Origin: Bacteroides sp.
GTDB lineage: Bacteria; Bacteroidota; Bacteroidia; Bacteroidales; Bacteroidaceae
Direction: 5' to 3'
Length of the DNA: 64,000 nucleotides
Assembly (NCBI GenBank): GCA_015060735.1
Contig: SUXX01000005.1
Coordinates: forward strand, 19,089-83,088
The number at the start of each line of letters is the position of its first letter. Positions within the stretch are counted from its first letter, which is position 1. The position numbers were made by a program, and so were the translations under genes. Shown here piece by piece: positions 20,485 to 30,471 of the stretch. The notes under the pieces were generated by a model. That model saw only the letters and a list, made by a program, of their open reading frames with translations, was not told the DNA's origin and did no database searches.

Positions 20485-22425
20485 ATGATAAAGATTACTT
20501 TTCCTGACGGTTCCGTTCGTGAATATAACGAAGGAGTAACTGGTCTGCAAATTGCAGAAAGTATCAGTTCACGTTTGGCACAAGACGTGTTGGCTTGTGG
20601 CGTGAACGGTGAAACAATGGATTTGTCTCGTCCTATCAATGAAGATGCCAATATTGTGCTCTACAAGTGGGACGATGCAGAAGGTAAGCACGCATTTTGG
20701 CATACAAGTGCTCACTTGTTGGCCGAAGCTTTGCAAGAACTCTATCCGGGTATCCAATTCGGTATCGGTCCTGCGATCGAAAATGGTTTCTACTACGATG
20801 TAGATCCAGGTGAAACAACTATAAAGGAAGGTGACTTGCCGGTTATCGAAAAGAAAATGGCTGAATTGGCTGCAAAGAAGGAAGCAGTCGTTCGTCAAGA
20901 CATCACCAAGGCTGATGCATTGAAGATGTTCGGTGAACGCGGTGAGACTTACAAGTGCGAGTTGATTTCTGAATTGGAAGATGGTACTATTACTACCTAT
21001 ACACAAGGTGCATTTACTGACCTTTGTCGTGGTCCTCACTTGATGACTACCGCTCCTATCAAGGCTATCAAGCTTTTGTCTGTAGCCGGTGCATACTGGA
21101 GAGGTCAGGAAGACCGAAAGCAGTTGACACGTATTTATGGTATCACCTTCCCGAAGAAGAAGATGTTGGATGAATATCTGGCATTAATGGAAGAAGCCAA
21201 GAAGCGTGACCACCGCAAGATTGGTAAGGAAATGGAACTTTTCATGTTCTCTGAAACCGTAGGTAAGGGCTTGCCAATGTGGTTGCCGAAGGGTACCGCT
21301 CTCCGTCTCCGTTTGGAAGACTTCTTGAAGCGTATCCAAAAGCGTTTCGGCTATCAGCAGGTAATGACTCCGCATATTGGAAACAAGGAATTGTGGGTAA
21401 CTTCGGGTCACTATGCCAAATATGGTAAGGACTCATTCCAACCGATTCATACTCCGGAAGAAAACGAAGAATATTTGTTGAAGCCGATGAACTGTCCTCA
21501 TCACTGTGAAATTTACAAGTACAAGCCACGTTCATACAAGGATTTGCCTATTCGTTTGGCCGAATTTGGTACCGTATACCGTTATGAACAAAGTGGTGAG
21601 TTGCATGGTTTGACCCGTGTACGTAGCTTTACTCAGGACGATGCACATATCTTCTGCCGTCCGGATCAGGTGAAGGATGAATTCTTGCGAGTAATGGATA
21701 TTATTTTCATTATTTTCCGTGCACTTGACTTCCAAAACTTCGAAGCTCAGATTTCACTTCGCGACAAGGAAAACCGCACCAAGTACATTGGTAGCGATGA
21801 AAATTGGGAACGTGCAGAGCGTGCTATCGTGGAAGCTTGTGAAGAAAAAGGCTTGAAGGCAAAGGTAGAATATGGCGAAGCTGCGTTCTATGGTCCGAAG
21901 CTCGACTTCATGGTGAAGGATGCCATCGGCCGTCGTTGGCAGTTGGGTACTATTCAGGTGGACTATAACTTGCCTGAACGCTTCGAACTTGAATACATGG
22001 GTTCTGACAACTTGAAGCATCGTCCGGTAATGATTCACCGTGCACCGTTTGGCTCGATGGAACGCTTCTGTGCCGTGTTGATTGAACACACAGGTGGTAA
22101 GTTCCCATTGTGGTTGACTCCTGATCAGGTAGTTATCCTTCCGATTTCTGAAAAGTACAATGCGTACGCTGAAGAAGTAAAGGCATATCTCGACAGTCAA
22201 GATATTCGTGCTATCGTGGATGACCGTAACGAAAAGATTGGTCGTAAGATTCGTGATAACGAGTTGAAGCACATCCCATATCTGCTCATCGTAGGTGAAA
22301 AAGAAGCCGAAAATGGTGAAGTTTCCGTACGTAAGCAGGGTCAAGGTGACCAAGGTAGCATGAAAATTGCTGATTTTGCGAAAAATATTGCCGAAGAAGT
22401 TTCAGAAATGATAAATAAATGGTAA
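20485..22425 (+). CDS. thrS: Threonine--tRNA ligase
   Basis: MIKITFPDG start; [22 protein letters not shown] motifs. Confidence 0.98.
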   Translation: MIKITFPDGSVREYNEGVTGLQIAESISSRLAQDVLACGVNGETMDLSRPINEDANIVLYKWDDAEGKHAFWHTSAHLLAEALQELYPGIQFGIGPAIENGFYYDVDPGETTIKEGDLPVIEKKMAELAAKKEAVVRQDITKADALKMFGERGETYKCELISELEDGTITTYTQGAFTDLCRGPHLMTTAPIKAIKLLSVAGAYWRGQEDRKQLTRIYGITFPKKKMLDEYLALMEEAKKRDHRKIGKEMELFMFSETVGKGLPMWLPKGTALRLRLEDFLKRIQKRFGYQQVMTPHIGNKELWVTSGHYAKYGKDSFQPIHTPEENEEYLLKPMNCPHHCEIYKYKPRSYKDLPIRLAEFGTVYRYEQSGELHGLTRVRSFTQDDAHIFCRPDQVKDEFLRVMDIIFIIFRALDFQNFEAQISLRDKENRTKYIGSDENWERAERAIVEACEEKGLKAKVEYGEAAFYGPKLDFMVKDAIGRRWQLGTIQVDYNLPERFELEYMGSDNLKHRPVMIHRAPFGSMERFCAVLIEHTGGKFPLWLTPDQVVILPISEKYNAYAEEVKAYLDSQDIRAIVDDRNEKIGRKIRDNELKHIPYLLIVGEKEAENGEVSVRKQGQGDQGSMKIADFAKNIAEEVSEMINKW

Positions 22426-22531
22426 ATTTGCAGCCGTTTGTGAAAGAACCCTTCAGGAACTTTTACGTTAGATTAAAGAATTTAATAATTAAATAAGAAA
22501 AACAAACAGGAAAACCTAATTAAGTCTTTGA

Positions 22532-23104
22532 ATGAAGAATGACAATTTAAAAGGGCAACATCGAATCAACGAACAGATTCGTGCCAAAGAAGTCCGCATC
22601 GTGGGCGATGATATTGAATCAGCAGTATATCCGATTGCACAGGCCTTGAGAATGGCTGAAGAACATGAGGCTGACTTGGTAGAAATTTCACCCAATGCCG
22701 TTCCTCCCGTTTGTAGAATTATTGATTATTCTAAATTTCTTTATCAGTTAAAGAAACGTCAGAAGGAGCAAAAAGCAAAGCAAGTTAAAGTAAACGTAAA
22801 GGAAATCCGTTTCGGGCCTCAGACAGATGACCATGACTACAACTTCAAGTTGAAACATGCCATCGGATTCTTGCAGGACGGTGACAAGGTGAAGGCTTAC
22901 GTATTTTTCAAGGGTCGTTCCATCCTTTTCAAGGAACAAGGTGAAGTATTGTTGCTTCGTTTTGCCAATGATTTGGAAGAATATGCCAAGGTAGAGCAGA
23001 TGCCGATTTTGGAAGGTAAGAGAATGACTATCTCCCTTGCTCCGAAGAAGGCCGCTGCACCGAAGAAGGAAAAGCCGGCTGCTCCGAAGAAAGCGGAAGA
23101 ATAA
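22532..23104 (+). CDS. infC: Translation initiation factor IF-3
   Basis: [30 protein letters not shown]; thrS-infC-rpmI-rplT order. Confidence 0.97.
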   Translation: MKNDNLKGQHRINEQIRAKEVRIVGDDIESAVYPIAQALRMAEEHEADLVEISPNAVPPVCRIIDYSKFLYQLKKRQKEQKAKQVKVNVKEIRFGPQTDDHDYNFKLKHAIGFLQDGDKVKAYVFFKGRSILFKEQGEVLLLRFANDLEEYAKVEQMPILEGKRMTISLAPKKAAAPKKEKPAAPKKAEE

Positions 23105-23181
23105 AAAGAAAGAAAGTGCGTAACGTGCCGGTATAGTACGTTACCACCGTTAATAATAATTATTTTAAATTTTAAACAAAG

Positions 23182-23379
23182 ATGCCAAAGATCAAGACTA
23201 ACTCCGGTGCCAAAAAAAGATTCGCTCTTACCGGAACAGGTAAAATCAAGAGAAAGCACGCTTTTCATAGTCATATTTTGACTAAGAAGACTAAGAAGCA
23301 AAAGAGAAACCTTGTACACACTGGTTTAGTACACAGTGCTAACGAAAAGTCAGTAAAGGAATTGCTTTGCTTGAAGTAA
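23182..23379 (+). CDS. rpmI: 50S ribosomal protein L35
   Basis: [14 protein letters not shown]...HILTKK. Confidence 0.97.
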   Translation: MPKIKTNSGAKKRFALTGTGKIKRKHAFHSHILTKKTKKQKRNLVHTGLVHSANEKSVKELLCLK

Positions 23380-23483
23380 TCTTAAAAGCGTAAACGTATC
23401 ATTTAAAGTTATTAACCGAATGTCTTTAGCTTGAAGTTCACTGTGCGAAACAGCGACGCTAACATTCAAAACGAATTAAAACT

Positions 23484-23828
23484 ATGCCAAGATCAGTAAA
23501 TCACGTTGCTTCTAGAGCAAAAAGAAAGAAAATTTTAGGTCTGACCAGAGGTTACTTTGGTGCAAGAAAGAACGTATGGACCGTAGCAAAGAACACTTGG
23601 GAAAAGGGTTTGACTTATGCTTACCGTGACCGTAAGAACAAAAAGCGTAACTTCCGTGCTTTGTGGATTCAGCGTATCAACGCTGCTGCCCGTTTGGAAG
23701 GTATGTCATATTCTAAGTTGATGGGTGCTTTGCACAAGGCTGGTATCGAAATCAACCGTAAGGTGTTGGCCGATTTGGCTATGAACCATCCAGAAGCATT
23801 CAAGGCTATCGTTGCTAAGGTAAAGTAA
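23484..23828 (+). CDS. rplT: 50S ribosomal protein L20
   Basis: [24 protein letters not shown]. Confidence 0.98.
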   Translation: MPRSVNHVASRAKRKKILGLTRGYFGARKNVWTVAKNTWEKGLTYAYRDRKNKKRNFRALWIQRINAAARLEGMSYSKLMGALHKAGIEINRKVLADLAMNHPEAFKAIVAKVK

Positions 23829-23855
23829 GCTTTAGAAGTTTCTAAAAGATAAATG

Positions 23856-23891
23856 AAAATGGATGTGCAAAGTTTGCATGTCCATTTTTTT
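23856..23891 (+). terminator. Intrinsic terminator of rplT operon
   Basis: aaaatggatgtgcaaa...tttgcatgtccatttt followed by T run. Confidence 0.75.
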
Positions 23892-24004
23892 ATGTTTGGA
23901 ATTGCCCGAAAACAAGCATGTTAGCTTTCAATGTATAATTTTTAGCGAACAAAATGCCTCCAGGGCTTGTTTATTTCATAAAAAGAACCTATATTTGTCC
24001 TACG

Positions 24005-24197
24005 GAAAAGCTCAGAAAGCTAGCCGCATTAGTTAGATTGGGAAACTCATCAAACTAATCTGAAAACCGAGACAACGCTTCTACTTCCAATGGCGGGCCA
24101 CGCCTTCGGGTAGCATTTATGCCGGTGGATTACAAAGGAGGAGAGCACTCAAAACCTGTCATTCGGAGTTTCATCGCATCACTGGTGCGGCTTTTTT
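24005..24197 (+). ncRNA. Bacteroidales-1 RNA (proposed 6S RNA homolog)
   Basis: Non-coding, downstream of rplT (the known position of this motif); TATATTTG -7 box at 23990-23997; closing stem gccgcattagt/actggtgcggc; terminator follows; ends approximate. Confidence 0.75.
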
Positions 24198-24200
24198 ATA

Positions 24201-24237
24201 AAGCGATGCTAATCGAGGTTAGCATCGCTCTTTTTTT
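24201..24237 (+). terminator. Terminator after the ncRNA
   Basis: agcgatgctaa-tcgagg-ttagcatcgct followed by T run. Confidence 0.8.
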
Positions 24238-24259
24238 AATGCAATTAGAATGATAGACT

Positions 24260-25021
24260 ATGATATTTTATTTTTCGGGTACGGGGAATTCGTATTGGGT
24301 GGCCAGGCAGTTGGCTGCTCGCTTGGATGATGTGTTGGTGCCGATGGCAGAAGAAGAAGCCTTGACGAAGGCTTATCAATGGAAGGCGAACGAGAAGGTA
24401 GGATTTGTGTTTCCTGTTTATTCGTGGGCTCCTCCGAAGTTGGTGCTTGATTTTATAGCCCGTGTCCGGATGGATAGGCCTGAATATGTGTATTTTGTGT
24501 GTACGTGTGGGGATGATACGGGCAAGACGGCCGATTTGTTCGTTAAGGCATTGAACAAGCGTGGTTGGGAATGTCAGGCGGGGTATTCCGTGACGATGCC
24601 GAATACGTATGTGTCTTTGCCGGGATTTGATGTAGACGACCAGGAGGTGGAACGGATGAAGGTGCAGAATGCTTTGGCCAGGGTGCAATTCATAGGTGAG
24701 GAAGTATCGAAGGGGGGTCGGATGAAGCGGTATAGTTGTCATGAAGGGGCGGTTCCCTTCTTGAAAAGTTATGTCATCCGTCCGTTTTTTTATCGGTTTT
24801 TGATGTCGCCCGAGCCTTTTTATGCTACAGAAGCGTGTACGTCTTGCAAACGGTGTGAGAAGAAATGTCCGGTGCATAATATTAAGGTGGACGGAAGGCC
24901 GCAATGGGGGAACCGATGTACGCAATGCTTGGCTTGTTATCATGAGTGTCCTGTTCATGCAATTCATTATGGCAAGCGAACCTTGGGTAAGGGCCAATAT
25001 AAAGGAGAGCATCTCAAATGA
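24260..25021 (+). CDS. EFR1-family flavodoxin/ferredoxin fusion
   Basis: YFSGTGNS flavodoxin motif; two CxxCxxCxxxCP motifs. Confidence 0.9.
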   Translation: MIFYFSGTGNSYWVARQLAARLDDVLVPMAEEEALTKAYQWKANEKVGFVFPVYSWAPPKLVLDFIARVRMDRPEYVYFVCTCGDDTGKTADLFVKALNKRGWECQAGYSVTMPNTYVSLPGFDVDDQEVERMKVQNALARVQFIGEEVSKGGRMKRYSCHEGAVPFLKSYVIRPFFYRFLMSPEPFYATEACTSCKRCEKKCPVHNIKVDGRPQWGNRCTQCLACYHECPVHAIHYGKRTLGKGQYKGEHLK

Positions 25022-25041
25022 GATGCTCTCTGTTTTTTTCT

Positions 25042-26076
25042 TTATCGAATCCCTCGTCGGTTGAGGGCTTGTTGATAGCGTCGGGCGTTGGCTGCATGCT
25101 GAGCCGAGTTGGTGGCAAAGTTGTGTGTGCCCGAAAAGTCTTCTTTGGCACACATGTACAGATAATTGTGCTTCGTATAGTTCAAAACGCTTTCCAAACC
25201 TTGAAAGGAGGGTACACGGATAGGGCCGGGAGGGAGTCCGGCATATTTATAAGTGTTATAGGGTGAATCCACTTCCAGATGCTTGAACAAGATGCGTTTC
25301 AGTCCGAAATCCTGCATGCTGAATTTCACGGTGGGGTCGGCCTGGAGAAGCATCCCTCGTTTCAGACGGTTGATGTAGAGGCCGGCTACGATGGGTTTTT
25401 CGGCTTGGTTGGCCGTTTCTTCTTCGACGATGGAGGCTAGGGTAGATACCTCCGTAGGAGTCAGGCCGATGGCTTGGGCTTGTTGCATGCGTTTTTCGTT
25501 CCAGAAGGCTTTGTGTTCCTTTACCATTCTGTTGATAAAATCTTCTGCACTCATGTCCCAATACACTTCGTAGGTGTTGGGGATGAAAAGGGCAGGAAGG
25601 GTTTCCTTCGAGTAGCCGATGCTTCGGATATAGGCGGTATCGGCCATCAGTCGGGCCACTTCGATGGAGTCTATCATCAGTTGGCGTCCCGTGTTTCGGG
25701 CTATGCGGTCAAGTGTGCGGACGCTTCCTACGGTGAGTTTCACGGGAGTTTGGTATCCCATGGCAAGGCGTCGGTAGAGGTATCGCATGTTGTCACCGGG
25801 CTTGATGGCGTATCGGCCTGTACGGATGCGTTGGGCATAGCCGTTTTTTTCGGCTTGATATTCGAAGCCGAACATCTGTTTGGGTTGGCCGATGAGGGTA
25901 ATTTTCTGGTATACCGAGTCGATGTTATCGTCGCGGTCGATGTAGATGTAGGCCGTTTCGGTGATTTGGAAGGGTCGGGCGAAGAAGTAGTGGTAGACTA
26001 TTCCGCCAAAGGTGGCTCCGAGGAGGATGATTGCCAATCCGATTCCGAGGATGATGTTTCGTTTTTTCTTGTTCAT
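25042..26076 (-). CDS. mltG: Endolytic transglycosylase MltG
   Basis: LASIVEEET, LQADPT, SPYNTYKYAGLPPGPI; N-terminal TM helix. Confidence 0.95.
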   Translation of the reverse strand: MNKKKRNIILGIGLAIILLGATFGGIVYHYFFARPFQITETAYIYIDRDDNIDSVYQKITLIGQPKQMFGFEYQAEKNGYAQRIRTGRYAIKPGDNMRYLYRRLAMGYQTPVKLTVGSVRTLDRIARNTGRQLMIDSIEVARLMADTAYIRSIGYSKETLPALFIPNTYEVYWDMSAEDFINRMVKEHKAFWNEKRMQQAQAIGLTPTEVSTLASIVEEETANQAEKPIVAGLYINRLKRGMLLQADPTVKFSMQDFGLKRILFKHLEVDSPYNTYKYAGLPPGPIRVPSFQGLESVLNYTKHNYLYMCAKEDFSGTHNFATNSAQHAANARRYQQALNRRGIR

Positions 26077-26120
26077 GGGGAGAAATATTCGATGTGGGTG
26101 CAAAGATAGCTAATTTTTAG

Positions 26121-26182
26121 AAACGCCAAGGCATTCGGGGGCAAACGCCTTGTCGTTTTGTATCAAACACCTTGGCGTTTTA
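26121..26182. repeat. aaacgcc(aag/ttg) palindromic repeat
   Basis: aaacgccaagg...ccttggcgttt with internal aaacgccttg; related to 7941-8016. Confidence 0.5.
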
Positions 26183-27013
26183 CGGAAGCTGGGGGTGTGC
26201 TTCTGCTTCTAGTTTGGCCTCTTGCTCGTCGGCTAGGGCGGGGAAGAAGTCGATGCCCGTCAGGCGTTCCAGGCGGTCGATAGGCATCAGGTATTCCGAC
26301 AGAGGTCGCTCGCCTGCTTCGTTTTCGAAGTGGAAGCCCAGGGCACAGGTCTTTTTCGGCGATTGTATCAGGATGGCCTTGAAGAAGGCATCGGGTACCT
26401 TTACGCGATGGTCGCCAATGTATTCGTTTCGCTTACCTTTATATATAGGGCCACAAACGATGTACACTTTCCCGTATCGGTGTGCCCATTCACGGCATTT
26501 CATCTCCAGGTCGTTCCAGTCCTCGGTGTTCAGGTTATGGTCTTGTGGGCAGATGTTGCTCATGTAGAAAGATTCTTGCATGGCTTGCTTGCTCCACTTC
26601 ATGTCGCCGGCAGGGGCCATGTGTCCACGGTCGTATCCCGAGCCTGAATAGTCGTAGGTCACGACTTGCGAACCCACCACATCGGGGTCGGGCAGAAATT
26701 CGTTGGTACGTTCTTCGTTGCCTCGCGTTTCTTCCTTGGTCAGTTCCCAAGCCACCCATTGGGGAGTCTTGTTCTGGGCATCGTATGCCAAGGTATATCC
26801 GGTGCGTTGGATGATTTGTCCCTGCTTGCTTGGGGGCATGGCGGGGATTTCGAGTTTGCTCATGTCTGCTTCTTCGGCCGAGCGTGTTATCTTTTCCTGG
26901 TCAGTTTCCAGCCCGATTATGGACTTCAGTCTGTCGCCTCCTACGGTCAGTGCGATGACGATAAGCACCGAGAGCCAAAGGGGGAGTCTTGATTTCTTTT
27001 TTCTAGCCATCAT
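26180..27013 (-). CDS. DNA/RNA non-specific endonuclease
   Basis: YDRGHMAPAGD, SFYMSNICPQ, N..W..LE. Confidence 0.93.
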   Translation of the reverse strand: MMARKKKSRLPLWLSVLIVIALTVGGDRLKSIIGLETDQEKITRSAEEADMSKLEIPAMPPSKQGQIIQRTGYTLAYDAQNKTPQWVAWELTKEETRGNEERTNEFLPDPDVVGSQVVTYDYSGSGYDRGHMAPAGDMKWSKQAMQESFYMSNICPQDHNLNTEDWNDLEMKCREWAHRYGKVYIVCGPIYKGKRNEYIGDHRVKVPDAFFKAILIQSPKKTCALGFHFENEAGERPLSEYLMPIDRLERLTGIDFFPALADEQEAKLEAEAHPQLP

Positions 27014-27107
27014 TTTTGTTTTGAGTGAGATGCAAAGATAGGAAATTTCGTGAAAAATCCGTATGTTTGCAGAAAATGATTGAAAAACCTTAAACTGAAA
27101 AATATTT

Positions 27108-28157
27108 ATGAAAAGAACAATTCTCGTGTGGCTGGCCTTCTTTTGTCTGATGCCGGTCTTGGCTCAAAGCATTTTTGAGAAGTATGAACGCTTTTTGGTC
27201 GAACCTCGCACATATGTGTGCTATCGCACGGAGGGGTCGCTCACCATTGATGGTAAGTTGGACGAATCTTCTTGGGTGAAGGCCGAACCTACGGCTCCGT
27301 TCGAGGACATCAGTGGCAAGGGATTTGCTACGCCTAAGTATGAAACCACGGCCAAGATGTTGTGGGACGATGATTATCTGTATGTGGGGGCTTTGCTCGA
27401 AGAACCTAACATCACCGCCAAGTTGACCCAACGCGATACCATTATTTATTATGACAACGACTTTGAGGTGTTCATCGACCCGGATAGCGACGGACATAAC
27501 TATTTCGAAATCGAGGTGAATGCACGCAACGTGCTTTTCGACCTGATGCTGGACAAGCCGTATCGTGTAGGGGGTGACTTCTTCTTGCAATGGGACTGCC
27601 CGGGTATCAAGTCGGCTATCCATATCGAGGGAACCTTGAACAATCCGAATGATACGGACAAGTATTGGAGTGTGGAAATGGCTATCCCTCGTCAGGCTTT
27701 GACCTTGAGCTTCAATAACTTGCTGAAGGCAGGCAATACGTGGCGAATCAACTTCTCACGCGTGGAATGGCTGAAGAAACCGGAAGAAAACTGGGTATGG
27801 AATGCTACGGGTCGTATCGACATGCACATGCCCGACCGTTGGGGATATTTGCTTTTCTCGGGCAACAACGTGGGTACGCTGAAGACTGAAATGGATTATC
27901 CGCATAACCGCGACATCTACAAGCTGATGTGGGCTATATTCTATGCACAACAAGACAATTTCAATCAAAAGAAGCAATATCTGAGCTTGGAAGAACTAGG
28001 CCTGACAGATGCTGAACTCAAGCCATTGACCAGCCAAAAGGGTAAGTTGAGTGTAGAAACCACGGCTCATACTTATCAAATCCGAGCAAGAGTACCCAAT
28101 GAGGAAGTGACCTATGTGTTGAATAATGAAGGACGTTTCTGGAAAGAAAAACGTTAA
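27108..28157 (+). CDS. CBM9-like carbohydrate-binding family protein
   Basis: IDGKLDE, MLWDDDYLY, DFEVFIDP, WSVEMAIP, WRINFSR; signal peptide. Confidence 0.8.
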   Translation: MKRTILVWLAFFCLMPVLAQSIFEKYERFLVEPRTYVCYRTEGSLTIDGKLDESSWVKAEPTAPFEDISGKGFATPKYETTAKMLWDDDYLYVGALLEEPNITAKLTQRDTIIYYDNDFEVFIDPDSDGHNYFEIEVNARNVLFDLMLDKPYRVGGDFFLQWDCPGIKSAIHIEGTLNNPNDTDKYWSVEMAIPRQALTLSFNNLLKAGNTWRINFSRVEWLKKPEENWVWNATGRIDMHMPDRWGYLLFSGNNVGTLKTEMDYPHNRDIYKLMWAIFYAQQDNFNQKKQYLSLEELGLTDAELKPLTSQKGKLSVETTAHTYQIRARVPNEEVTYVLNNEGRFWKEKR

Positions 28158-28163
28158 TCAGAT

Positions 28164-28199
28164 AAAAAGGTGGATGCATCTAGAAACATCCACCTTTTT
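28164..28199. terminator. Bidirectional terminator
   Basis: aaaaaggtggatg...catccaccttttt between convergent CDS and tRNA. Confidence 0.75.
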
Positions 28200-28208
28200 C
28201 TTTCAAAG

Positions 28209-28281
28209 AGCCGAAAATGGGACTCGAACCCACGACTTGCTCATTACGAATGAGCTACTCTACCAACTGAGTTATTTCGGC
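28209..28281 (-). tRNA. tRNA-Thr(CGT)
   Basis: Minus strand GCCGAAA...TTTCGGC acceptor stem, anticodon arm gctca-TTCGTAA-tgagc, T-loop GGTTCGAG; no encoded CCA. Confidence 0.95.
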
Positions 28282-28374
28282 AAGCCTGCTTTGTTGAAAA
28301 GCGGTGCAAATATAAGGCATTCTTTTTAGAATAGAGAACAAAAAAGGAAGAATTTTAGTTCTTCCTTTTTTGTT

Positions 28375-28845
28375 TTATGTTAAAGGTATCAGTTTGAATC
28401 GCATACGGAAGATACCTTCTTTGTAATCATGGCTGATGATTTTGAATGTGCCTATTTCGGACGTGTTTTCCACATGCAAGCCGATGCAAAGGCACTCGTC
28501 ATAGTCGCCCACATGCACTACGCGGACGGTTTCCGAAGCATTTTCGGGCAAGCGTTTCATGTCGAAACGGGTCATGGCTTCTTCTTGCGAAATGAATTCC
28601 ATGCTCACGGGTAGGTTCTTCCGCAAGGTTTCGTTCACCACTTGTTCAATTTCGGCTATCTGAGCTTCGCTAGGACATTCGGCTAAGGCAAAATCGAGTT
28701 TGCTCTTCTTGCGTTCGATGTGGGCAGACACCGCTCTGCCGCATCCGAAGAGGTTTACCATGGTGCGGTTTACTACATGTTCGCACGTGTGCATGGGCGG
28801 ATACTCCGTCTTGTTATGCTCATTCAATGTGATTTCTTTTTCCAT
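28375..28845 (-). CDS. Stand-alone AlaX-like tRNA editing domain protein
   Basis: HTCEH (HxxxH) and CIGLHV (CxGxH) zinc motifs. Confidence 0.8.
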   Translation of the reverse strand: MEKEITLNEHNKTEYPPMHTCEHVVNRTMVNLFGCGRAVSAHIERKKSKLDFALAECPSEAQIAEIEQVVNETLRKNLPVSMEFISQEEAMTRFDMKRLPENASETVRVVHVGDYDECLCIGLHVENTSEIGTFKIISHDYKEGIFRMRFKLIPLT

Positions 28846-29033
28846 AACTTTAAATAATTTTGCCAAAGATAGCGAATTGATAGAATCCATCCTACAATAT
28901 TCAAGAATAAAAAGGATTTAATCAGCAAATTGGAGTCGGGATTGACCAGCGAGGGCAACAACAAGATGATGAAAAAGGAGGTTATTGCCCCAAGAATGGC
29001 TATGAATAGTATCTTTAAAGTGGATTTGGACAT
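28824..29033 (-). CDS. Small hypothetical membrane protein
   Basis: 69 aa with two hydrophobic segments; short overlap with the next gene. Confidence 0.45.
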   Translation of the reverse strand: MSKSTLKILFIAILGAITSFFIILLLPSLVNPDSNLLIKSFLFLNIVGWILSIRYLWQNYLKLWKKKSH

Positions 29034-29074
29034 CGGGTGTATGGGTATTAATGGTTTGAGAAACGTGTGGACAT

Positions 29075-29137
29075 AAAAAAAGGGTCAACGCCTTGACCCA
29101 ATCTTGTTAACCTTAAAATCTAATACTATGAAAACAC
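29075..29137 (-). ncRNA. Putative conserved Bacteroides small RNA (MasB/BTnc201-like by recollection)
   Basis: Minus-strand -7 box TACCTTTG (29142-29149), then gtgttttcatagtattagattttaaggttaacaag, then terminator gggtcaa...ttgaccc-T7; no ORF. Confidence 0.6.
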
Positions 29138-29363
29138 GGTGCAAAGGTATCGCTTTTTATTGAAAGTACAAATAAAAGTGTCAAAAGTTTGCTGAGAATA
29201 ACATTTTTTTAGAAGAATGATTCGAAAAGTAAGGTTTCTTCCGTCTTTTTTGTATTATATTTGCATATAAATGCGAAGATGAGGCTACGTTCCGTCATAG
29301 TCAAAAAAATTTGTTTGTCCCCTCGGATTGCATTATCTTTGCACCTGACTAAAAGAAAGTATT

Positions 29364-30452
29364 ATGGCATTTGAAGCAACCAAAAGAGAGTGGGGCGAAT
29401 TGTACGCCTTTTTCCGCCTGCTGGCAGACGGATACGTTTATGCGGGTACACCCGATGCGAAGAAGAACGATGCCTTGTGCTGGCCTGTGGCCATGGTGCA
29501 ACGCGAGGAACACGACGGCACCCGTCAATACATCATCGAAAACAAAGAAAACATTCATATTTGTGGCGAGAATATCGACAAGCATGTGCCTCGAGAAGAT
29601 TTTGCTACGGTGGCCGACTTGATTCTTGAGGCCGTGAAGAACTCGCGTGAAAACGATGTGACTTCGCCCGACGGGGTAGAGGAGTTTCTGGACGAGGTAG
29701 CCATCTTCGACCTGGAGGCCAAGACGGATGACCGCACGGACTTTTACGTGGCGTTTCATCACAAGGACACTCCGTTGGTGGGATTCTGTGTACGTTCGCG
29801 TCTTAGCCCGATGTTCCCCTTGTTGGACGGAGGACGGACGGCCAACTTCAAGTTCGAGCAGACGGGCGTGAAGTTTGCTACCCCTACGGTGAATAAAATC
29901 AATGCTTTCGGCGAGGAAGAAGATGTGGTGGGACGCATGCTGATGATTGAACGCTTGGGCGGTAATCTGAAGTTCAACGATGCGGCCGACAAGATTTTCC
30001 GTAGCAATCTCTGCATGATTGACCTGCACTTCCCCCGCGTGTTGGGCGAAATGTGTCGGGCCATGCACCTTGAAGGCATCACCCGTGTGAACGAGCTGAC
30101 CGAGTACATCAAACAACTCAATCCATTGAAAATCAAGGACGAACTGATTACCAAGCATCGCTATTATGAATACAAGATGAAGCAATTTCTGATGGCCTTG
30201 GCTTTGGGAATGCGTCCGGCCAAGATGTTTAACGGCACGGATTCGGCCATTGCCGGATTCTTGATGGTAGACGGACAAGGCGAGGTGCTTTGTTATCAGA
30301 AGGCCGACCGAGACACGTTTGCCGACTTCCTTTATAACCATACAAGGTTGGAAAAGGGCCCTACGGCCAAGGACAAGTATGGATACCTGGAAAAAGAAAA
30401 CGGGGTATATTACTTCAAACTGAACTTGAAGATAGGTTTGTTGAAACGATAA
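29364..30452 (+). CDS. HpaII-family restriction endonuclease-like protein (no adjacent methylase)
   Basis: EWGELYAFFRLLADG, LALGMRPAK, YFKLNLKI patterns of the RE_HpaII family. Confidence 0.75.
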   Translation: MAFEATKREWGELYAFFRLLADGYVYAGTPDAKKNDALCWPVAMVQREEHDGTRQYIIENKENIHICGENIDKHVPREDFATVADLILEAVKNSRENDVTSPDGVEEFLDEVAIFDLEAKTDDRTDFYVAFHHKDTPLVGFCVRSRLSPMFPLLDGGRTANFKFEQTGVKFATPTVNKINAFGEEEDVVGRMLMIERLGGNLKFNDAADKIFRSNLCMIDLHFPRVLGEMCRAMHLEGITRVNELTEYIKQLNPLKIKDELITKHRYYEYKMKQFLMALALGMRPAKMFNGTDSAIAGFLMVDGQGEVLCYQKADRDTFADFLYNHTRLEKGPTAKDKYGYLEKENGVYYFKLNLKIGLLKR

Positions 30453-30471
30453 TTTACTATCTTTGTACGAT

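Noticed and set aside
28209..28281. tRNA-Thr as an integration site
   Set aside because: No duplicated tRNA 3' end and no integrase seen.
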